Sequence record: SRR20825006_805
Reading direction: 5' to 3' (one strand)
DNA: 39,722 nucleotides
Both the position numbers and the translations under genes were made by a program. The notes beneath the pieces are model-generated. The model worked only from the letters and a program-made list of their open reading frames with translations. It did not search any database and was not told the origin of the DNA. Positions 1 through 10,707 of this stretch are shown piece after piece. The number at the start of each line of letters is the position of its first letter. The first letter of the stretch is position 1.

Positions 1-67
1 AGACCCCGGGGTCTCCTCCTCGCCGCTCCCAGGCGGGCCATATACGTGCCGTTTGGGGGCGGGAGCC

Positions 68-1789
68 TTATCCCCGCTGTTTGGCGACCCACTCGGTCAA
101 CTCTTCGCGGTGGATTTTTGCGTTGTGCCTGCGATCGACAGGGAACCCGGAGTGGAAATGCACTTCCTTGATCGCGCGCGTGATGTCATGCGAGGCGGCG
201 ATTTTTAGCACCTCTTCCTTGCTCGGTGGTGTGCGATCCTTGTAGCCCTCGATAAGAATCACGGGCACCTGCGAGCCCCTCTCTCCGACGCCGACCAGCG
301 CGGATCGGAAGATGTCCGGGTGCACGTTGAAGATCGCCTCGCACTGGATCGAGAACATCGTCTCTTCGCCTGTCTCTACGCGGTGTGCCTTGCGACCACA
401 GTACCAGAGTCTCCCCTGTTCATCGAGGTAGCCCACATCACCCATGCGGTGCCAGAAGGCGTCCTCGCCGAGCGAGGGGTCCTTGATCTTTGCCTTGCGC
501 GTGTGCTCGGGCTTGTTGTCGTAGGAGCGCGTGGCGACGAGCCCGTTCACGCAGATCTCGCCGATCTCTCCCGCGTCGAGCTCCCTGGCGTCGCTCATCT
601 GCTCGATCGCGTCATCGGTGATTTCGAGGATCTTGACCTGCATGCGATTCACCGGTTTGCCCACGCACAGTCCTTTCCCCTTTCGAGTCATCTGCGCGGT
701 CTCTCCCAGTACCTCCGCGCTCGAGATCGTGGCCACGGGCAAACACTCGGTCGCGCCATACGGCGTGTGGAAAGAGACCCCCTCCGATAGCACGCCGTCA
801 TACTTCTCCATCATCGCCGGGTTGATCGGTGCGCCCGCAGTGAGGATTCTCCGAAGCGTCGGGAGCTTGATCTTCTTCTCCTGACAAAACGGCGCCACGC
901 GCTCCCAGACAGCGGGGGAGCCAAACGCGGTCGTCGCGCCATGATCCACGATCGCCTCGATCACATTGGCGGGGTTGACCTCGGCGGGCTTTGTGGGGTC
1001 CATGTCAGGGATCACGACGCTCATCCCGAGCGCGATGGAGAACAGTGAGAACAGGGGAAAGAGCGGGACCTCGATCTCGCCAGGTTCGATCCCGTACATC
1101 TCGCCGATGGCGCGAACCTGGCCATCGAAGATCCCGTGAGTGTAGTGGACGCCCTTGGGGATGCCCGTCGAGCCGGACGTGAACAGGATCGCCGCCAGAT
1201 CATCTCTGTGCATATCCTCGCAAGCAAAGGCGCCCGCCGAGAAGTCTGCCATATCCGCGAGCGCGGTCGCGCCGCTCCACCACTTCTTCTCGGTGATAAA
1301 GGCGCGCGCGACGCTCTTGAACGGCGAGCGAAAGACGAGCTTTGCAAAGTGCGCCCTGGGGATGCCGATCATCGCCTCGGGTTCGCTCTCCTGGACGCAG
1401 GCCAGGAACGGCTCTCGCCCCATCCCGGGATCGATCATGATCGGCACCGCGCCCATCTTGAACAGGGCGAAGGTCAGCGCGATAAGTTCCATCCCCTGTG
1501 AGACGAGCATCAGGACGCGCTGCCCTCGCACCACGCCGCGAGCGCGCAGGCCATGAGCGTAGGCATCGCAGAGCGCGTCGAGCTGCGCATAGGTTAGGTG
1601 ACTGTAGAGGCGCTTCCCGAGGCGGTTGTAGCCCTCGGGTTGGATCAACGCGCGCTGGAAGGCGCGCTCGGCGACTCGCGCGGGCAACCAGGAGGCGACA
1701 TTGATCCTCTCGGGAGGATCGATCTCCCACGGAGGCACATCGTCGGCAGCTCTGGCAGGGTCAGGCAACATGGCGGTTATATCGAGCAT
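68..1789 (-). CDS. oleC: OleC-like AMP-dependent ligase (olefin beta-lactone synthetase / fatty acid-CoA ligase family)
   Basis: AMP-binding loop ILFTSGSTGIPKG, TPYGATE and WHRMGDVGY. N-terminal NVASWLP...YSHLTYAQLD and C-terminal FPVDRRHNAKIHRE are typical of OleC. Start placed at ATG 1789; the ORF extends to GTG 1840. Confidence 0.8.
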   Translation of the reverse strand: MLDITAMLPDPARAADDVPPWEIDPPERINVASWLPARVAERAFQRALIQPEGYNRLGKRLYSHLTYAQLDALCDAYAHGLRARGVVRGQRVLMLVSQGMELIALTFALFKMGAVPIMIDPGMGREPFLACVQESEPEAMIGIPRAHFAKLVFRSPFKSVARAFITEKKWWSGATALADMADFSAGAFACEDMHRDDLAAILFTSGSTGIPKGVHYTHGIFDGQVRAIGEMYGIEPGEIEVPLFPLFSLFSIALGMSVVIPDMDPTKPAEVNPANVIEAIVDHGATTAFGSPAVWERVAPFCQEKKIKLPTLRRILTAGAPINPAMMEKYDGVLSEGVSFHTPYGATECLPVATISSAEVLGETAQMTRKGKGLCVGKPVNRMQVKILEITDDAIEQMSDARELDAGEIGEICVNGLVATRSYDNKPEHTRKAKIKDPSLGEDAFWHRMGDVGYLDEQGRLWYCGRKAHRVETGEETMFSIQCEAIFNVHPDIFRSALVGVGERGSQVPVILIEGYKDRTPPSKEEVLKIAASHDITRAIKEVHFHSGFPVDRRHNAKIHREELTEWVAKQRG

Positions 1790-1960
1790 GGTCGACTCGT
1801 TGTATCTTTCGATGTTTCGCGCACGCGCGACTTGTATCACAGGTCATCACCCTGGCAGAAGAGCCCAGGTGTCCGCGTGGGTCTTCTCTACTCAGGAAGC
1901 TCCATGCAGGTTATAAAGATGGACCTGTCTGCCTCGTGCTGGCGAGCATCGAGATGCAGT

Positions 1961-3436
1961 ATGCAGGACACATCAGCGCGACGTCGGGGGAGACTTGTGA
2001 AGCGGAAATGGACAGCGATCATCGGCGACGCGATCCGAGATGGCTTCGGTCAAATTGGCATCGGGGCGCGAGATCGCTACACCACTGGCCTGAGCTCCAT
2101 TGTTCTGGAGCGTGACGTCGGGGGGACCCTCGCGCTGCTGCATTTGCGTGATCCATCGGGGACCAAGCTCGGGTTGTGTGAACTCACCGCGCCGATTCCC
2201 TGGATGTGGCCTCTCCACGACCGCCTTATTTATGGGACCTTCGATCATGACCTCGGCGACTTGATCGTCGGAGATCCTGCTTTCGACGAGTTCTTTCAAA
2301 TCGTGACAGAGGAACCACTGGGGTTGTTTCACGTCCTCTTTCGCGAGCGTCGCCTGGCGCTGCTCAGCCTGGTGCGGGAGCTTCGCCGCGAGAGCAAGCG
2401 TTTGCAGCTGGTCGTCGGTGGCGGGAAGGTCCACGCGACATTTTATATGGAGGACAAGAGGAAACTCAGTCCACATGCCGTATTCACGGCGCTCACCCAG
2501 TTTATGCAGCCTGCCCACGGGACCTTTTCCGATCGCTGGTCGTGTTTGCTCGATATCCTCACAGACCCTCGCGAGTCCGAGGGTTTCAAGGACGCCATCC
2601 TCGGCGCGCTTGCTCTCGAGCGCGCGCCTGTCCCTGACTCGTTTCGAGGTTGGTTGGAGGGCTCGATGTCTCCAGAGACGGAGTTGTCCGCCGCGCTTCA
2701 TGGCTTCTTCCCTGCGGGACGCACCTTTCATGTCATCCGCACACACGCGATGGCTGGCCACGAGCACCCACGCTTTCGGCAGATGGTCAGTTATTTCGCG
2801 AAGAGTTATCCCGCCAAGGCAACCTTCGACGAGGAGCTTCCGCTGGAGTTGAGGATCGAGGTCTTGAAGATGGCCTGGCAACAGCGCGTGGAGAAGACGC
2901 CAGGTTTGGAGAGGATGTTTTTGACGCTGTTGGACTCCAACGAGCGGTTGTGTGCGGCGTTGGTGCAGTGCATTCGAGAGTCGCTGACCGCGCGCCTCCA
3001 ACTCCCGGGAGAAAATTTGCGGGAGGTTCTCTTCTCGGCGCTGCCCGAGCTCCAGAAGAGGAGCGGCAAATTCTTGCGGCGAGAGCTCGTGGACGTGCTT
3101 TGTGCGCACGGCGAGGCGGAGGATACAGCGTCGATGCTCGCCGTACTCGAGCAACGTGTCGATGATAATAACGCGCTCCAGATCGTGCAGCGTCTGGGCG
3201 AGGTGGGAAACCTCTCGGCGCTCTCTCGCCTCGAGCAGCTCTCCATGCAGGAGCAACTCGGGCCGGTGAGCGAGGCGGCAGGGAGAGCGCACGCGGCGAT
3301 TCGCGCGCGTCACGCGGGCGCGACAGGCGGAGGGTTGACCCTCGCAGAACCTGGCGCAGGAGAGGAGGGGAGGCTCACGCTTGTCGCTGGAAACCAGGGC
3401 GGCATCTCGCTGGTGAAGGAAGACGAAGAGCCTTGA
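1961..3436 (+). CDS. HEAT-repeat-like hypothetical protein
   Basis: Helical C-terminus (LGEVGNLSALSRLEQL...AAGRAHAAIRAR) followed by a GGLTLAE..GRLTL tail. Start placed at ATG 1961 because the upstream part of the ORF overlaps oleC. Confidence 0.6.
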   Translation: MQDTSARRRGRLVKRKWTAIIGDAIRDGFGQIGIGARDRYTTGLSSIVLERDVGGTLALLHLRDPSGTKLGLCELTAPIPWMWPLHDRLIYGTFDHDLGDLIVGDPAFDEFFQIVTEEPLGLFHVLFRERRLALLSLVRELRRESKRLQLVVGGGKVHATFYMEDKRKLSPHAVFTALTQFMQPAHGTFSDRWSCLLDILTDPRESEGFKDAILGALALERAPVPDSFRGWLEGSMSPETELSAALHGFFPAGRTFHVIRTHAMAGHEHPRFRQMVSYFAKSYPAKATFDEELPLELRIEVLKMAWQQRVEKTPGLERMFLTLLDSNERLCAALVQCIRESLTARLQLPGENLREVLFSALPELQKRSGKFLRRELVDVLCAHGEAEDTASMLAVLEQRVDDNNALQIVQRLGEVGNLSALSRLEQLSMQEQLGPVSEAAGRAHAAIRARHAGATGGGLTLAEPGAGEEGRLTLVAGNQGGISLVKEDEEP

Positions 3437-3461
3437 TAAAAAAGAGATCGAGCAGGATCGG

Positions 3462-3490
3462 TTGCTAAGCAAGTCCGTGGGCCCTAGAAT
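3462..3490 (+). promoter_or_regulatory. candidate sigma70 promoter
   Basis: TTGCTA (3462-3467), 17-nt spacer, TAGAAT (3485-3490), intergenic and upstream of the CDS at 3624. Confidence 0.5.
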
Positions 3491-3623
3491 CAAAGAAGGT
3501 AGCGGGAAGATCCACGACTGCCGGCACGTTCGAGGCGAGTATGACCATTGTTCGGATGATTCATGCGCGCTCAGGCGTTCTCATCCATGGTAGATGGTCG
3601 AATGCCTCCACGAGAGTCTGAAA

Positions 3624-4769
3624 ATGACCTACGAAGAGTTTGAGTGGCACATATTGAGGATGGTGTACGAGGAAGGAGTGACCACGCTCCAACCTTCATA
3701 CCTGGCGTACACCTTCGAGCTCCCTCATGAGACCGTCTCGCGATATCTCGAGCAGGCGGTAGATGCGGGGCTGCTCGAGCTGAATGTCGTAGGTTCTGGT
3801 CGCCTGGAGTATTTCGTACCAGGCGCGGACAAGAACACGAAGCTCCCGACCCCTGTTTGGAAAAAGCAGGACGAGTTCGAGGCGCTCGACGACTCCCAAA
3901 AACAACCTCCGGTGGACAGCGACGTCGAACACTTGCGCGCGCTGGTCGTGCGAAAGAGCGATGTGCCTGCGCGCGCGGATGGATCTGATGGCGGCGTCTC
4001 GCGCGTCGAGGATGGCGCCGATGGGTCGGTGACAGGTGGCGAGCAAGGCAAAAGGCGCCCCTTCGCTCACGGAAAAACCCCCGAGCTCCCCCCAAACCTT
4101 CAGGCCTACATCAAGGAGCAGTACGGCGACACCGATGGTTCTCTCCATCGCGTCGTCGCGCAACGCGGCGCGGTGATCGAGCGACGCGCCGTGGTCGAGC
4201 ATGGCGCGAGCATCCTCGATGATGAGCCCACGCCCGCGATGGCAGGCGTCGGCGCTGGCGCCGCGAGCACCGCGCTCGTGCCCTACAACAATGGCGGACA
4301 GCTCCTGCGCGTGGAGACCTCGGAGGACGCCTTCTGCGATCCCTCTCAGACGATCTTCATGCGTCAGATTCGCGTCCACGGCGTACAGTCCGAGACCGCG
4401 CTCCGCGAGCAAATCCGGCGCCTCTTCGAGGGCTTTGGCTACAAGACCTTGAACACGAGCCCCGAACGACTCCGTTTCGAGCGTGGCAGCGTGACCTTCA
4501 TTCTGGCGCTCGTTCCACTGTTCGTGCTGATCCTTCCACTGTTCGTCTACCTGTTCCTCTATTGCATCGGTCGCTCGACGATCCACCAGGAGCCGCTCGA
4601 GCTCGATGTGCAAATCCGCAAGAACGGCGCAGACACCTCGAGCTATGACATCGACCTGACCTTTATCGGGTTGCACGGTGTCGTTTTGGGGGCCGCCGAT
4701 CAGCGCGTCCTCAACCAGGAGATCGACACGCTGCGCGATGAGCTGCGTTGGGCATTGACCGGCTCCTGA
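3624..4769 (+). CDS. hypothetical membrane protein with an N-terminal winged-helix-like segment
   Basis: N-terminus LAYTFELPHETVSRYLEQAVDAGLLELNV is HTH-like, followed by a disordered linker and a hydrophobic stretch FILALVPLFVLILPLFVYLFLYC. ATG 3624 follows GAGAG. Confidence 0.6.
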   Translation: MTYEEFEWHILRMVYEEGVTTLQPSYLAYTFELPHETVSRYLEQAVDAGLLELNVVGSGRLEYFVPGADKNTKLPTPVWKKQDEFEALDDSQKQPPVDSDVEHLRALVVRKSDVPARADGSDGGVSRVEDGADGSVTGGEQGKRRPFAHGKTPELPPNLQAYIKEQYGDTDGSLHRVVAQRGAVIERRAVVEHGASILDDEPTPAMAGVGAGAASTALVPYNNGGQLLRVETSEDAFCDPSQTIFMRQIRVHGVQSETALREQIRRLFEGFGYKTLNTSPERLRFERGSVTFILALVPLFVLILPLFVYLFLYCIGRSTIHQEPLELDVQIRKNGADTSSYDIDLTFIGLHGVVLGAADQRVLNQEIDTLRDELRWALTGS

Positions 4770-4803
4770 ACCTTTCTAAAATTTTCAGAACCCAGGGTTA
4801 GAC

Positions 4804-5565
4804 ATGCATGTGCTGGTGACGGGGGCTTCGAGTGGTATTGGCGAGGCCATGGCCCGTCACTGGGCAAGCCTTGGCGCGTCCTTGACCATCGCGGCGAGGC
4901 GCGAGGAGCGCTTGCGCGCGCTCGCCGAGGATCTCGATGTCGAGGTCTTCGTTCGCCCCACTGACCTGAGTGATCTGGAGCAGTGCGAGGCGCTTGTTCG
5001 GGAGTCGGTCGAGCAGCTCGGTCCGATCGATGTGCTGATCAACAACGCTGGCATCCAGTACGTCGAGGCCGCCGCTGGAGTCAGCCCCGAGCGCATCACC
5101 AGGTTGATGACGGTCGATTTGCTCGCGCCGCTTCATTTGATGCACTACGTGCTACAGGACATGCTCGAGCGCAAACAGGGCGCCATCGCCAACATCGCGA
5201 GCGTCGCGGGCATCGTGCACACGCCAGGGATGGCGCACTACAACAGCGCCAAGGCAGGTCTGGCGGCTGCATCCGAGAGCATGCGCGTCGAGCTCGCCAA
5301 CAGCGGCGTGCATATCCTGACCGTGTACCCTGGCCCCGTGCATTCTGATATGGAGGCCGCCGCCAGAGATCAGTTCGCGGACTCCTCGGCGGTCGAGCAT
5401 TTGCCGACCGGAAAACCTGGCGAGCTGGCGAAGCTCGTTGCCCTGGGGATCGAGAAGAAAAAAGCGCGTATCATTTACCCAAAGATCTACGCGTTCAACC
5501 GGAGCGCGCGAAACCTCTCGCAGTGGTTCACCGATCGCTTCGCGCCCCCTTTGAAGGACGAGTGA
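4804..5565 (+). CDS. short-chain dehydrogenase/reductase (SDR)
   Basis: TGASSGIG Rossmann motif, NNAG and catalytic YNSAK (YxxxK). Confidence 0.92.
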   Translation: MHVLVTGASSGIGEAMARHWASLGASLTIAARREERLRALAEDLDVEVFVRPTDLSDLEQCEALVRESVEQLGPIDVLINNAGIQYVEAAAGVSPERITRLMTVDLLAPLHLMHYVLQDMLERKQGAIANIASVAGIVHTPGMAHYNSAKAGLAAASESMRVELANSGVHILTVYPGPVHSDMEAAARDQFADSSAVEHLPTGKPGELAKLVALGIEKKKARIIYPKIYAFNRSARNLSQWFTDRFAPPLKDE

Positions 5566-5574
5566 TTTTCCCCT

Positions 5575-8500
5575 TCACGAGTCCAGATCATAGCGGTTGA
5601 TGTAGCGATAGAGCGTGCGCTCGCTCACGCCAAGAATCTCTGCCGCTGCTGCGTAGTCCTCCCCAGCTTCCTCCAACGCATCCAACACATCTTGCTTCTT
5701 CGCCTTGGGTTTTCGCCCGCGGCGAGAGGCGCGCTTCTTCTCCTTCGCTCGCCTCGCGGTTGTCGTGGTGTCGCTGCCCTCTGTTGTTGTGGCGTCGTCA
5801 TTCGTGCGGCTGCGTAGCTGGATCATCGTGGCGAGCTCGCGCTCGGTGATAAGATCCTCCTCACACATCACGCACGCCGCGCGCAGCGTGTTCTCGAGCT
5901 GGCGCACGTTACCTGGCCACTGACACTCGCCGAGCAGGTGCGCCGCCCCTGGCGAGAGCTTGAGCTCTCGCCCGATGGTCTCGGGCGCGATGCGCGCGAG
6001 GAGGCGATGCGCGATTAATGGGATATCCTCGCGACGCTCGCGCAACGCTGGGATCGTGACCGTGAACGCGGCGAGCCTGTAGAACAGATCCTCGCGAAAC
6101 GTCCCCTCGGTGATCATCGTGTCCAGGTTGCGGTTGGTCGCTGCCACGATACGCACATCGATCGGTTCGGCGCGTGTGGCGCCCACGGGGCGAACCTTGC
6201 GCTCCTGGAGCACACGCAACAGCTTGACCTGCATCGCCAGCGGCATCTCGCCAAGCTCGTCCAGAAAGATCGTCCCGCCATTGGCCGCCTTGAACAGCCC
6301 CTCCCGATCGCGGGTCGCGCCGGTGAAGGCCCCTTTGACGTGCCCGAACAACTCTGACTCGAAGAGGCTCTCCGGGATCGCGCCGCAGTTGACCGGGATA
6401 AAGGGGCCGGGGCTCCTGGGGCTGGCCGAGTGAATCGCGCTGGCGATCAACTCCTTGCCCACGCCCGATTCGCCGTGGATCACCACGGGGATATCACTGC
6501 GCGCGACGCGCTCGACGCGCTGGAGCAGCCGCTCCATCACCGAAGAGGTGTAGGCGATGTCCGGGAACGCAGCGCGGAGGCCGCTCACGCGGCTGTCGCG
6601 CTGGCGCTCGACCTCCTCACTCAACATCGCGACGCGCTCCTCCAGGCCCTCGAGCATCGCCTCTCGCTCGCCGAGCAGGGTGTCGAGCTCGCGCTTTGCT
6701 TCCTCCAGTTCCTTGACCGTGCCCTCGAGTTGTTCGAGGCGCCGAGTGTTGGTGATTCCGATGGCGAGCTGGTGTCCAAACGCCTCCATCATGCGCCGCG
6801 TTTCACCCTGGAAGATGCCAGGGTGAAAGCGATGATCGATATAGAGCGCGCCCAATAACCCGGAGGCATCCCGCACAGGGACACACAACACACTGGTCAG
6901 GTCGAGGTCGACGACCGAGAGCGCGGCGTTGAACCGCTCGTCCTCGCGGGCATTGACCGTGGCCACGGTGCGGCCCGTGCGCGCGGCCTCTTCCGCGATC
7001 GTGAGGCTGACCTTGAGGTGAGGTCTCGGGATAGGATCGCCGTCGATGTCCTGGCTGGCGGCGATCAGGAATCCGCCCACGCGTTGTCCGTCGCCCTCTT
7101 CCTCATCGAGGAGCAGGAAGCCACGCTCTGCGCCGCTCAAACTCAGCGCGATCTCGAGCGCGCGACGCCAGAGCTGCTCGGGATCACGCTGGTGGAGGAT
7201 GATCTCGTTTAGCGAGAGCATCCTGTAGAAGCGCTCGATGATTCCGCCTTCGCCCCCGTCTCCAGACGAAGGGGCACTCTGTTTCGTGCGGCGAGGCGAA
7301 CCTTCGCGCACGCCTCCTCGCCGCATCGGATCGGATGATACGAGCGCGGAGAGGTCGGGGTAGTTCGCGAAGAAGTCCTCTCGCAACTCCTTGCCAAGAC
7401 CGGATGCGACCGCGTTGCGCGCTTGTTGGTTGAGCGATGTGACCTCGTCGACGAGCTCGTCGAGTGATTCCTGCTGTACGCGCTCGAAGAGTACCGGGCT
7501 GTACTTGAGCACCAGGCTGTAGTTGGTGCTCTCGAGCGCGTGATGGAGCGCCTTGCGGAACTTCTCGATCCCCGTCATCACCTCCAGAGAGCCGCCTTCT
7601 CGCCAGCCGAGCATCGCCTCGAGGATGTCGTGATGATCCTCGAGCGCGGCGAGAGCGTGGGTATCGATGAGCGTCCTCGCCTCATCCAACTGCGTCGACG
7701 CCGTCGCGAGGTCATCGAGCGACAGGTGCGCCTCGGACATGGTCAGCAAGAGGTCCACGTGCGCCGCTGGTGGTGGCGCGCCTCCCATCGCGAAGCATTT
7801 CTCGAGCAACGAGATCGCCTCCTCGTGTTCGCCGCGCATCGCCGCGAGCGATGCCTGGTAGGAGCGCGTCATGAGCTCGTGGCTCTTCAAGTCGTGCGCC
7901 CTGGCGAGTTCGAGCGCGCGCTCGAGGAGCGCGCTCGCTTCATCGAAGCGCCCGAGTAAGACATCGATGGCGGCGCTGTTGCTCGACAACAGCAGCCGGG
8001 TAGTGGGGCGCGTGGTCTCTTGCGCGATGCGCATCCCGCGAGCGTAGTACTCGCGCGCCAACCCGAGCTTTCCCTGGCTGTGGTAAGCCGTGCCGACGTT
8101 GAGGAGATAGAGCGGGAGCTCCGCGTCTAGCCCCGCGCGCTCGATGTGCTCGAGCGCGCGCAGGTAGGCATCCGTGGACGCTTCGCGTTCGGCGTTGTAC
8201 TTGAGGCCGATGGCGATATAGGCGTTCGCGCGCGCTCGGAGCATCGCCGGGATCTCCTCGCTTTCGAGCACCGGCAGGAGCTTTTGGAGTGCGGTGACCG
8301 ACTTCATATCGCCGCGCAGCGCGCGCGCGCCATGTTTGATGATCGAGAGATGCGCGATATCACTGGTGAGCGCGACTCCTTTGTCCTCATCGCTCGCGCG
8401 CCCCGACACGCCGAGTTCGTCGAGGCCACGCTCCGCGTGCTCGATGGCGCCTTCGTAATCACCAGAGGAGAGCGTCAGCTGCGCGCGCCAGAGCGCGAGC

Positions 8501-10467
8501 TTGGTGAGCTGACTTCGCGATGGTTTATCCGCTGTCAGCGCGAGCGCGTCATCGCTCAAGAACGCCAGCCCCTGACGATGCAGTCCCCTTCCATGCTCTA
8601 ACCTCGCGCGCAGGAGCGCGATCTCGACGCGCTCATCGGTGTTCAGCTCATGCTGCGCGCTCGCGCTGGCGAGCGCGCTCGCCAGCAGGTCATGAGAGGT
8701 CGCATCGGCGCCAGCGCGCAAGGTCGCATCGAGCCAGAGCTCGAACGCCTCGATCGAAGGCGTGTCCTCGAGCACCGCGTCTCGAAGCTCGCATTGGATC
8801 AGCGCCTCCTGACATGCTCCCTGCGCCATGAGGGTCTTTATCTCTTCCAGGCTCGCGGGTTCGAGATCCGTCGAGGTCGTCGCGTGCGGGTTGTGGCGGA
8901 TGCCGAGCTCTTCCTCGAGCGCGCGAAGCATCTCGCCGATCGAGTGACCGTAACGGGCCAGCAGTGATTCCCAGCGCGCGAGCCCGATGTCGCGCAACTG
9001 CGCGCGCAGTGAGCGCGCGCGCCACCGCTGCCACTGGCGCGGATCGGGTTGCGCCAGGATCTGCTCGTCGATGTGGTGCGCCGAGAGGTTGAGCGTGCGA
9101 TCACGCCGCGTGGTGGCGATAAGAGAGAGCGGGAGCTGTTCGCGTCGCGCCGCCTGGAGCGCGTGCGAGAGCCAGGCGCGAACATCGGGGCTTGCCAGAT
9201 CGAGGTCATCCCAGAGCAGCGTGATCCCGGTCGATTGCGCGGACACGGCGCCCAGCAAGGCTCGCGTCAACAACTCGAAGGTGTGCAACTGGTCACCCTG
9301 GCCCAGCGTTGGAGGCGCAGCGCCAAGGCGCGAGATAAGATCGAGCACCACGGACCAGGGGCCTTCGTGCGCTGGCGCGGGCCCTGGCGAAAAGAAGGCC
9401 ACGGCGCGTTTGTCGAGGGCTTGCTCGAAGATCGCGATCGGCGCCTCGCCACGTAGCTCGAGGCGCGCGCACACCTGGCGAAGTGTCTCCGTCTTTCCAG
9501 CGCCTCGGATTCCCTTGAGGAGCAGGAATTTACCGTCCTGTGGGTCCCACGAGCGAACGATCTCCTCGACGCGCGCGCGCATCGAGGGGTCATCGAAGAA
9601 GAGCGGCGTCTCGTTCGCGCTGTCGTTATCCACCGCGAGCGCATCCAGGAGCTCCTGGATAAGCGGGCGAGTGTTCGGGTCCTTGCCGAGCATACGCCGG
9701 ACGATCCCGCCGAGCTTGCCCTTCAGGGATGCCGGGATTTTGGGAGCCTCCTCGCAGTGGGCCATGGCCCACTGCGTGAGGTTATCTCCTGTGAGCGGAT
9801 AGGCTCCCGAGACCATCCAGCAGATCAGGCAACCGAGCGCGTACATGTCCGCGGCGTGGCTCGGGGACGCGCCATTCCACAGCTCGGGCGCCATGCAAGG
9901 CGCGCTGCCGAGCACATGCCCCCGCTCGCTCTGGCGCATATCCAGCAGCGGAAAGTCGATGAGTGAGATCTCGTCCTCGGGCGTCACGAGCACGTTGTGA
10001 GGTTGGAGATCGCCGTGCACGAGCTGATCGTCGTGCAAGTCTCTGACGTGGAGCGCGATCGCCAGCGCGATCTCGCGCCAGCGCTCGCGCAGCAACTCGG
10101 TGGCCTCATCTGCCAGAGGTTTCCCTGGAATCCATGCCCTCGCGCTCAAAAACCACGCGCCCTCTTTCAGGCCAAGGTGTGCACGCGCTGGCTCGTCCAG
10201 CGCGTAAAACCAGTCCCATCGAGGGGAACCCTCCCGGCCAGGGAGTCTGGCGGCCAGGGCCAATTCGAGCGGCGAGGCGAAGCGCTCGGATTGTTTGCTC
10301 GCCTTGATAATCAGATCTCCCACGCGCCAGGTCTTCTCGGAGGGATGATCCCCGAGCTTCGCGGTTGCTGAGAGTTTGTCGGCCAAACGAGGCAGAGGAC
10401 GGGTCATGTCATTCGTCGGGTCAAGAGGCATGCGAAGTGAGGACAACATGTTCCTATTTTGTCGCAA
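5575..10467 (-). CDS. multidomain sigma54 enhancer-binding protein: kinase-like, P-loop NTPase, TPR, GAF, coiled coil, AAA+ and Fis-type HTH
   Basis: Kinase-like HGDLQPHN and GSAPCMAPE; Walker A GIRGAGKT and Walker B-like LLWDD; TPR-like helices; GAF ([15 protein letters not shown]); [23 protein letters not shown] and [30 protein letters not shown]. The start could be 10449, 10431 or 10407. Confidence 0.9.
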   Translation of the reverse strand: MRQNRNMLSSLRMPLDPTNDMTRPLPRLADKLSATAKLGDHPSEKTWRVGDLIIKASKQSERFASPLELALAARLPGREGSPRWDWFYALDEPARAHLGLKEGAWFLSARAWIPGKPLADEATELLRERWREIALAIALHVRDLHDDQLVHGDLQPHNVLVTPEDEISLIDFPLLDMRQSERGHVLGSAPCMAPELWNGASPSHAADMYALGCLICWMVSGAYPLTGDNLTQWAMAHCEEAPKIPASLKGKLGGIVRRMLGKDPNTRPLIQELLDALAVDNDSANETPLFFDDPSMRARVEEIVRSWDPQDGKFLLLKGIRGAGKTETLRQVCARLELRGEAPIAIFEQALDKRAVAFFSPGPAPAHEGPWSVVLDLISRLGAAPPTLGQGDQLHTFELLTRALLGAVSAQSTGITLLWDDLDLASPDVRAWLSHALQAARREQLPLSLIATTRRDRTLNLSAHHIDEQILAQPDPRQWQRWRARSLRAQLRDIGLARWESLLARYGHSIGEMLRALEEELGIRHNPHATTSTDLEPASLEEIKTLMAQGACQEALIQCELRDAVLEDTPSIEAFELWLDATLRAGADATSHDLLASALASASAQHELNTDERVEIALLRARLEHGRGLHRQGLAFLSDDALALTADKPSRSQLTKLALWRAQLTLSSGDYEGAIEHAERGLDELGVSGRASDEDKGVALTSDIAHLSIIKHGARALRGDMKSVTALQKLLPVLESEEIPAMLRARANAYIAIGLKYNAEREASTDAYLRALEHIERAGLDAELPLYLLNVGTAYHSQGKLGLAREYYARGMRIAQETTRPTTRLLLSSNSAAIDVLLGRFDEASALLERALELARAHDLKSHELMTRSYQASLAAMRGEHEEAISLLEKCFAMGGAPPPAAHVDLLLTMSEAHLSLDDLATASTQLDEARTLIDTHALAALEDHHDILEAMLGWREGGSLEVMTGIEKFRKALHHALESTNYSLVLKYSPVLFERVQQESLDELVDEVTSLNQQARNAVASGLGKELREDFFANYPDLSALVSSDPMRRGGVREGSPRRTKQSAPSSGDGGEGGIIERFYRMLSLNEIILHQRDPEQLWRRALEIALSLSGAERGFLLLDEEEGDGQRVGGFLIAASQDIDGDPIPRPHLKVSLTIAEEAARTGRTVATVNAREDERFNAALSVVDLDLTSVLCVPVRDASGLLGALYIDHRFHPGIFQGETRRMMEAFGHQLAIGITNTRRLEQLEGTVKELEEAKRELDTLLGEREAMLEGLEERVAMLSEEVERQRDSRVSGLRAAFPDIAYTSSVMERLLQRVERVARSDIPVVIHGESGVGKELIASAIHSASPRSPGPFIPVNCGAIPESLFESELFGHVKGAFTGATRDREGLFKAANGGTIFLDELGEMPLAMQVKLLRVLQERKVRPVGATRAEPIDVRIVAATNRNLDTMITEGTFREDLFYRLAAFTVTIPALRERREDIPLIAHRLLARIAPETIGRELKLSPGAAHLLGECQWPGNVRQLENTLRAACVMCEEDLITERELATMIQLRSRTNDDATTTEGSDTTTTARRAKEKKRASRRGRKPKAKKQDVLDALEEAGEDYAAAAEILGVSERTLYRYINRYDLDS

Positions 10468-10471
10468 ATAT

Positions 10472-10485
10472 TGTCAATTATGACA
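10472..10485. promoter_or_regulatory. candidate upstream activator site (palindrome TGTCA-ATTA-TGACA)
   Basis: Perfect 5-bp inverted repeat about 120 bp upstream of the predicted sigma54 start site, next to a TTTTGTCGCA half-site. Confidence 0.55.
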
Positions 10486-10521
10486 TTGGATGTTCTGTGA
10501 GAAAGCTGGGTTTTTGTTTTG

Positions 10522-10534
10522 TTTCAGTTGGTTA
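10522..10534 (+). promoter_or_regulatory. IHF-like site
   Basis: TTTCAGTTGGTTA has one mismatch to WATCARNNNNTTR, is preceded by a T-tract, and lies between the activator site and the -24/-12 element. Confidence 0.4.
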
Positions 10535-10572
10535 TGCGGTGTTTTTGCGTCGCCGGGGCTGGCGCGAGGGGC

Positions 10573-10588
10573 TGGCACGTGGCTTGCT
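10573..10588 (+). promoter_or_regulatory. sigma54 (-24/-12) promoter
   Basis: TGGCACGTGGCTTGCT is an exact match to TGGCACG-N4-TTGCW and is divergent from a sigma54 activator gene. Confidence 0.85.
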
Positions 10589-10707
10589 ACAAAGCCATTG
10601 TGGTAGAAGACGACCTTTGTTTTTATGGTTCGAGAGACCAGAGACATGCATGACGCCCGATTTTTCGCATGAGAGGTGAAGCGGTGGCTCATCGTGATGG
10701 TGACGAT

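Noticed and set aside
1973-3493. Long antisense ORFs (506 aa here; also 36330..37772, 17991..19004, 3696..4676, 30397..31278)
   Set aside because: Shadow ORFs opposite better-supported genes, expected in high-GC DNA, with no recognisable motifs.
8665-8686. Perfect 22-bp palindrome GCTGGCGAGCGCGCTCGCCAGC in the activator gene
   Set aside because: N4 spacer, single instance, and explained by the low-complexity peptide LASALAS.
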